From assembly GCA_965198315.1 (NCBI GenBank), contig OZ240616.1, forward strand, positions 2,536,351 to 2,600,350: a stretch of 64,000 nt of DNA. The letters run 5' to 3'. The notes under the pieces are model-generated. The model was not told the origin of the DNA and ran no database searches. It saw nothing but the letters and a program-made list of their open reading frames with translations. Shown here piece by piece: positions 61,324 through 64,000 of the stretch. Each line of letters starts with the position of its first letter. Within the stretch, counting starts at the first letter, position 1. This DNA is from Candidatus Aldehydirespiratoraceae bacterium (GTDB lineage: Bacteria > Actinomycetota > Acidimicrobiia > Acidimicrobiales > Aldehydirespiratoraceae). The position numbers and the translations under genes were made by a program.

Positions 61324-64000
61324 CTATAGGAGGTTTCCGTAGCGGTGAGCAGTCTCACTGATTGCTTGTTCGCGCAGATAGTGGAGCAGCTCAATCCGGC
61401 CTTCGGCTGTTACAGGATCGGACGCGACATGTATCCCCAAGTTGTTGGCGCCATCTCGGATCGCCGGATGGAGCGTTCCCAGCAGGCGCACGCGTTCCAC
61501 GTTCAGCTCGGCTAAGCGGTCCGCGAATGCCTCAGCTGACTCAAGCGAACCGTCAGACACCACAACATCAACCCCGCAACGCTCAGCCGCTCTGAGCACA
61601 CGATCTCGCTCCAGCTGACGGGCTTCTGCTTCGACCCTCACCGCCACCCTTTCCAGCGGGCGATAGCGAAACCGGTTGGACTCACAGAAAAGCCCACTCG
61701 GGTCGTGCTCGGTCGAGAACTCGGTGCGCCATGCATCGTCATCGCTTCTGACTGCTCTCTCCAACCAGTCGGCATCGTTGAGGTTCAACTCAAGGGGTTT
61801 CCAAGACCCCAATTGCTGTATGTAGTTCGGACCCCCGGTTTTTGCTCCAGGCCCGATCGAGGATCGTTTCCAGCCGCCAAAAGGTTGACGCCGCACGATC
61901 GCTCCGGTGATAGCACGATTGATGTAAGCGTTTCCGACCTGAACGTGCTCAAGCCAATAGGCGATTTCGGATTCATCGAGGGAGAAAATCCCTCCTGTCA
62001 GACCAAACGGAGTGGCGTTCTGCAAACGTACGGCCTCGCCAAGAGTCTCTGCTTTCATGAGACCGAGGACGGGTCCGAAGCATTCCGTTTGGTGGAACCA
62101 TGAGCCTTCTTGCACGCCAGTGCGAATCCCGGGTGTCCAAGTTGCGGGTCCCAACCGATGAGGTTCGAGCAGCCAACTTTCGTTGCCATCAAGCTGTGTC
62201 AGTCCACGCAAGAGCTTCCGGTCCGGCTCGCGGATCAGAGGTCCCATCGTTGTCGCCAAGTCCTTTGACGGACCGACTCGCAAACTCGAAGCTGCGTCAA
62301 CCAGCTGACGCCGAAGACGCTGCGAGTCGTAGACATCACCAACGCATATCGCCAGGCTCGCCGCCGAACACTTCTGACCGCTGTGCCCGAACGCCGATGC
62401 GACCAACTCCGCAACAGCTGAATCAACATCGGCGTTTGAGGTGATCACCAGGGAATTCTTGCCTGAGGTCTCGCCCAGAATTCGCTGGTCGGGTTTCCAA
62501 CTTCTGAACAGCTCGGCTGTCTCATAGGCCCCCGTCAAAATCACCGCATCGAGTCCGTCGTGAGCTATGAGGTGCCGGCCAACCTCATCTTCTGGAACGC
62601 GCACGAATTGCAGCACGTCTGGAGGAATCCCCGCCCTCCAACAACACTCCGCCACGATCTCAGCACAACGCACAGATTCCGGGGCCGGTTTGAACACAAC
62701 GGCGTTGCCCGCGGCCAGAGCCGCGGTCACCCCACCCGTGGGGATCGCAACCGGAAAATTCCATGGTGGTACCACGCAAACAACGCCAAGCGGAGTGAAA
62801 GAAGCAGCCGCGAAGGTCTCAAGATCCGAACCTCGGTCCGCGTAGTAGCGGGAAAAATCGATTGCCTCCGATACTTCTGGATCGGCCTGGGCGAAGGTCT
62901 TGCGCGCTTCGTGGACCATCGCCGCTGCAAGATCACCTCGACGCTCAGCTAGTTCATTGGCCACCTCATGAAGCTTCCGTCGTCTGTCGCTGGCGCTGCG
63001 GCGCTGCCAATGATCGTGGCCCGCCTCAGCCCGTCCGACGATTCGATCGATCTCCGCGCTACTCGTCGCAATCGGTGCGTTGATCGAAACTGCTGCTTGA
63101 GCCACTACCGATCGGGCCCAAAGGCGGTTTGCCCTCAAAGCAGGGTCGGTGTCGGCAGTGTTGTGGAAAGCCTCCCCCACCTCTTCGTGCACTTCGACGA
63201 GTCGGTTCTGGGTGCGCTGAGGAGTCGAGCCAACCAAGTTCCGGTCCCGCACCGAAACCCTGAATCGCTCGGCTTCGTTGCTTATCGATCCACCGTTGGA
63301 ACTCATCGAGAGGAGTTGATGGAGGAAGTTCTCGTCCGCAGCATTCTCTTCGAGACGCCTGAACAGATAGCTGATAGCAACATCGAAGTCTTCAGCGGAG
63401 ACGACCGGAGTGTAAAGAAGCAGCCCTGATTGCTGTCGGCGAACCAACCGCGCGTGCGTTGGCGCCATGCCTTCGAGCATCTCGAACTCAACCCGATCTA
63501 CGACGCCACGGGTTTCGGCTAGAAGCTTGGCGAACGCAATGTCGAACAGATTGTGAGTCGCGACACCGACCTTGACCCCACGAAGCCGGTCGGGTTGAAA
63601 CAACCAGTCAAGGCAGCGTTTGAAGTTGGCATCGGTTTCCGCTTTGCTGCGATACGGAGCCTGCTCCCACCCATGAATCACGGCGTCGACTCGTTCCATC
63701 GCCAAGTTGGCGCCTTTCACCAACCTCACCTTCACCGTGCCACCCGTTTGTCCATCGACTATTCGCTGATGGCGCTGAGTGGCCCATGCCTCGAGCTTGG
63801 TGAGAGCATCGAGCGAATCTGGCAGGTAGGCCTGTATCGCGACACCTGCATCGAGGGTGTGAAGCTCGGGCTCGTCGAGGAGCATTGTGAACACAGCCAG
63901 CGTGAGTTCTAGATCGTGATACTCCTCCATGTCGAGATTCACGAATGTCGCCGGCCTGGTCTTTTTAGCTTTCACGAATATGGGCTGAAGTCGCTCCGTT
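61324..64000 (-). CDS. putA: Bifunctional proline dehydrogenase / L-glutamate-gamma-semialdehyde dehydrogenase, N-terminus beyond the window
   Basis: PRODH region (VNLDMEEYHDLELT, VRLVKGAN) is followed by an ALDH domain (FKPAPES, GHSGQKCSAAS with the catalytic Cys). The frame is still open at 64000. Confidence 0.9.
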   Translation of the reverse strand, partial: TERLQPIFVKAKKTRPATFVNLDMEEYHDLELTLAVFTMLLDEPELHTLDAGVAIQAYLPDSLDALTKLEAWATQRHQRIVDGQTGGTVKVRLVKGANLAMERVDAVIHGWEQAPYRSKAETDANFKRCLDWLFQPDRLRGVKVGVATHNLFDIAFAKLLAETRGVVDRVEFEMLEGMAPTHARLVRRQQSGLLLYTPVVSAEDFDVAISYLFRRLEENAADENFLHQLLSMSSNGGSISNEAERFRVSVRDRNLVGSTPQRTQNRLVEVHEEVGEAFHNTADTDPALRANRLWARSVVAQAAVSINAPIATSSAEIDRIVGRAEAGHDHWQRRSASDRRRKLHEVANELAERRGDLAAAMVHEARKTFAQADPEVSEAIDFSRYYADRGSDLETFAAASFTPLGVVCVVPPWNFPVAIPTGGVTAALAAGNAVVFKPAPESVRCAEIVAECCWRAGIPPDVLQFVRVPEDEVGRHLIAHDGLDAVILTGAYETAELFRSWKPDQRILGETSGKNSLVITSNADVDSAVAELVASAFGHSGQKCSAASLAICVGDVYDSQRLRRQLVDAASSLRVGPSKDLATTMGPLIREPDRKLLRGLTQLDGNESWLLEPHRLGPATWTPGIRTGVQEGSWFHQTECFGPVLGLMKAETLGEAVRLQNATPFGLTGGIFSLDESEIAYWLEHVQVGNAYINRAITGAIVRRQPFGGWKRSSIGPGAKTGGPNYIQQLGSWKPLELNLNDADWLERAVRSDDDAWRTEFSTEHDPSGLFCESNRFRYRPLERVAVRVEAEARQLERDRVLRAAERCGVDVVVSDGSLESAEAFADRLAELNVERVRLLGTLHPAIRDGANNLGIHVASDPVTAEGRIELLHYLREQAISETAHRYGNLL

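Noticed and set aside
1-64000. Search for transposases, integrases, phage genes, toxin-antitoxin pairs, CRISPR-Cas or known defence-system signatures
   Set aside because: I recognised none in any frame. The small inserts described above lack recombinase genes, so I did not label any region as a mobile element.

Overview
This is a high-GC, densely coding chromosomal window of actinobacterial type. Supporting signs are lipoproteins with A-A-C-G-[ND]-D lipoboxes, an MDMPI/TIGR03084-type gene, and a divergent ald-lrp pair. I support about 58 CDS. I found no rRNA, tRNA, CRISPR array, transposase or integrase.

Main content, in order:
- a translationally coupled trio (unknown protein, HTTM-like membrane protein, APH/EcKL-type kinase)
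- menB, ung and a TauD-family dioxygenase
- an orphan DUF4143 AAA ATPase
- a geranylgeranyl-reductase-family gene preceded by a diverged copy of its own 5' end
- two paralogous amidohydrolase_2 genes, and ald-lrp
- a Tat-less molybdopterin oxidoreductase with a fused FeS/NrfD-like subunit
- an SDR / DUF1214-like / sulfotransferase operon
- an ~18.5 kb run of same-strand genes (22341-40834), mostly overlapping or closely spaced but interrupted by a terminator-like hairpin at 29428-29470. It combines a Liv-type ABC importer with an embedded acyl-CoA ligase, an Atu/Liu-like acyl-CoA carboxylase set (beta, alpha, AtuA-like DUF1446, acyl-CoA dehydrogenase, TetR, TIGR03084, enoyl-CoA hydratase), and a tail module
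- a glycine-betaine-type ABC transporter with its TetR regulator
- a D-aminoacylase, a MOSC protein and a metallophosphoesterase
- a cobalamin riboswitch in front of a decaying BtuF/BtuC-like operon
- a fused EtfB-EtfA flavoprotein coupled to a J-domain protein and a small ferredoxin
- a class II Fic protein, a VOC protein, and a partial putA

Best candidates for something new:
1. An in-frame UGA at 39786-39788 is followed 11 nt later by a perfect hairpin. It joins two reading frames into a UGSC-motif selenoprotein that the ORF track splits. This protein sits with an unnamed 348-aa partner and an SDR at the end of the carboxylase operon.
2. Three independent diverged gene-fragment duplicates (6676-7210, 20172/21314, 43432/44682) each flank a small accessory insert. 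One of them shows almost purely synonymous divergence.
3. The cytoplasm-facing Mo enzyme with fused FeS-membrane subunit.
4. The ETF fusion / J-domain / ferredoxin trio.

All family assignments come from motif recognition by eye. No database search was possible.
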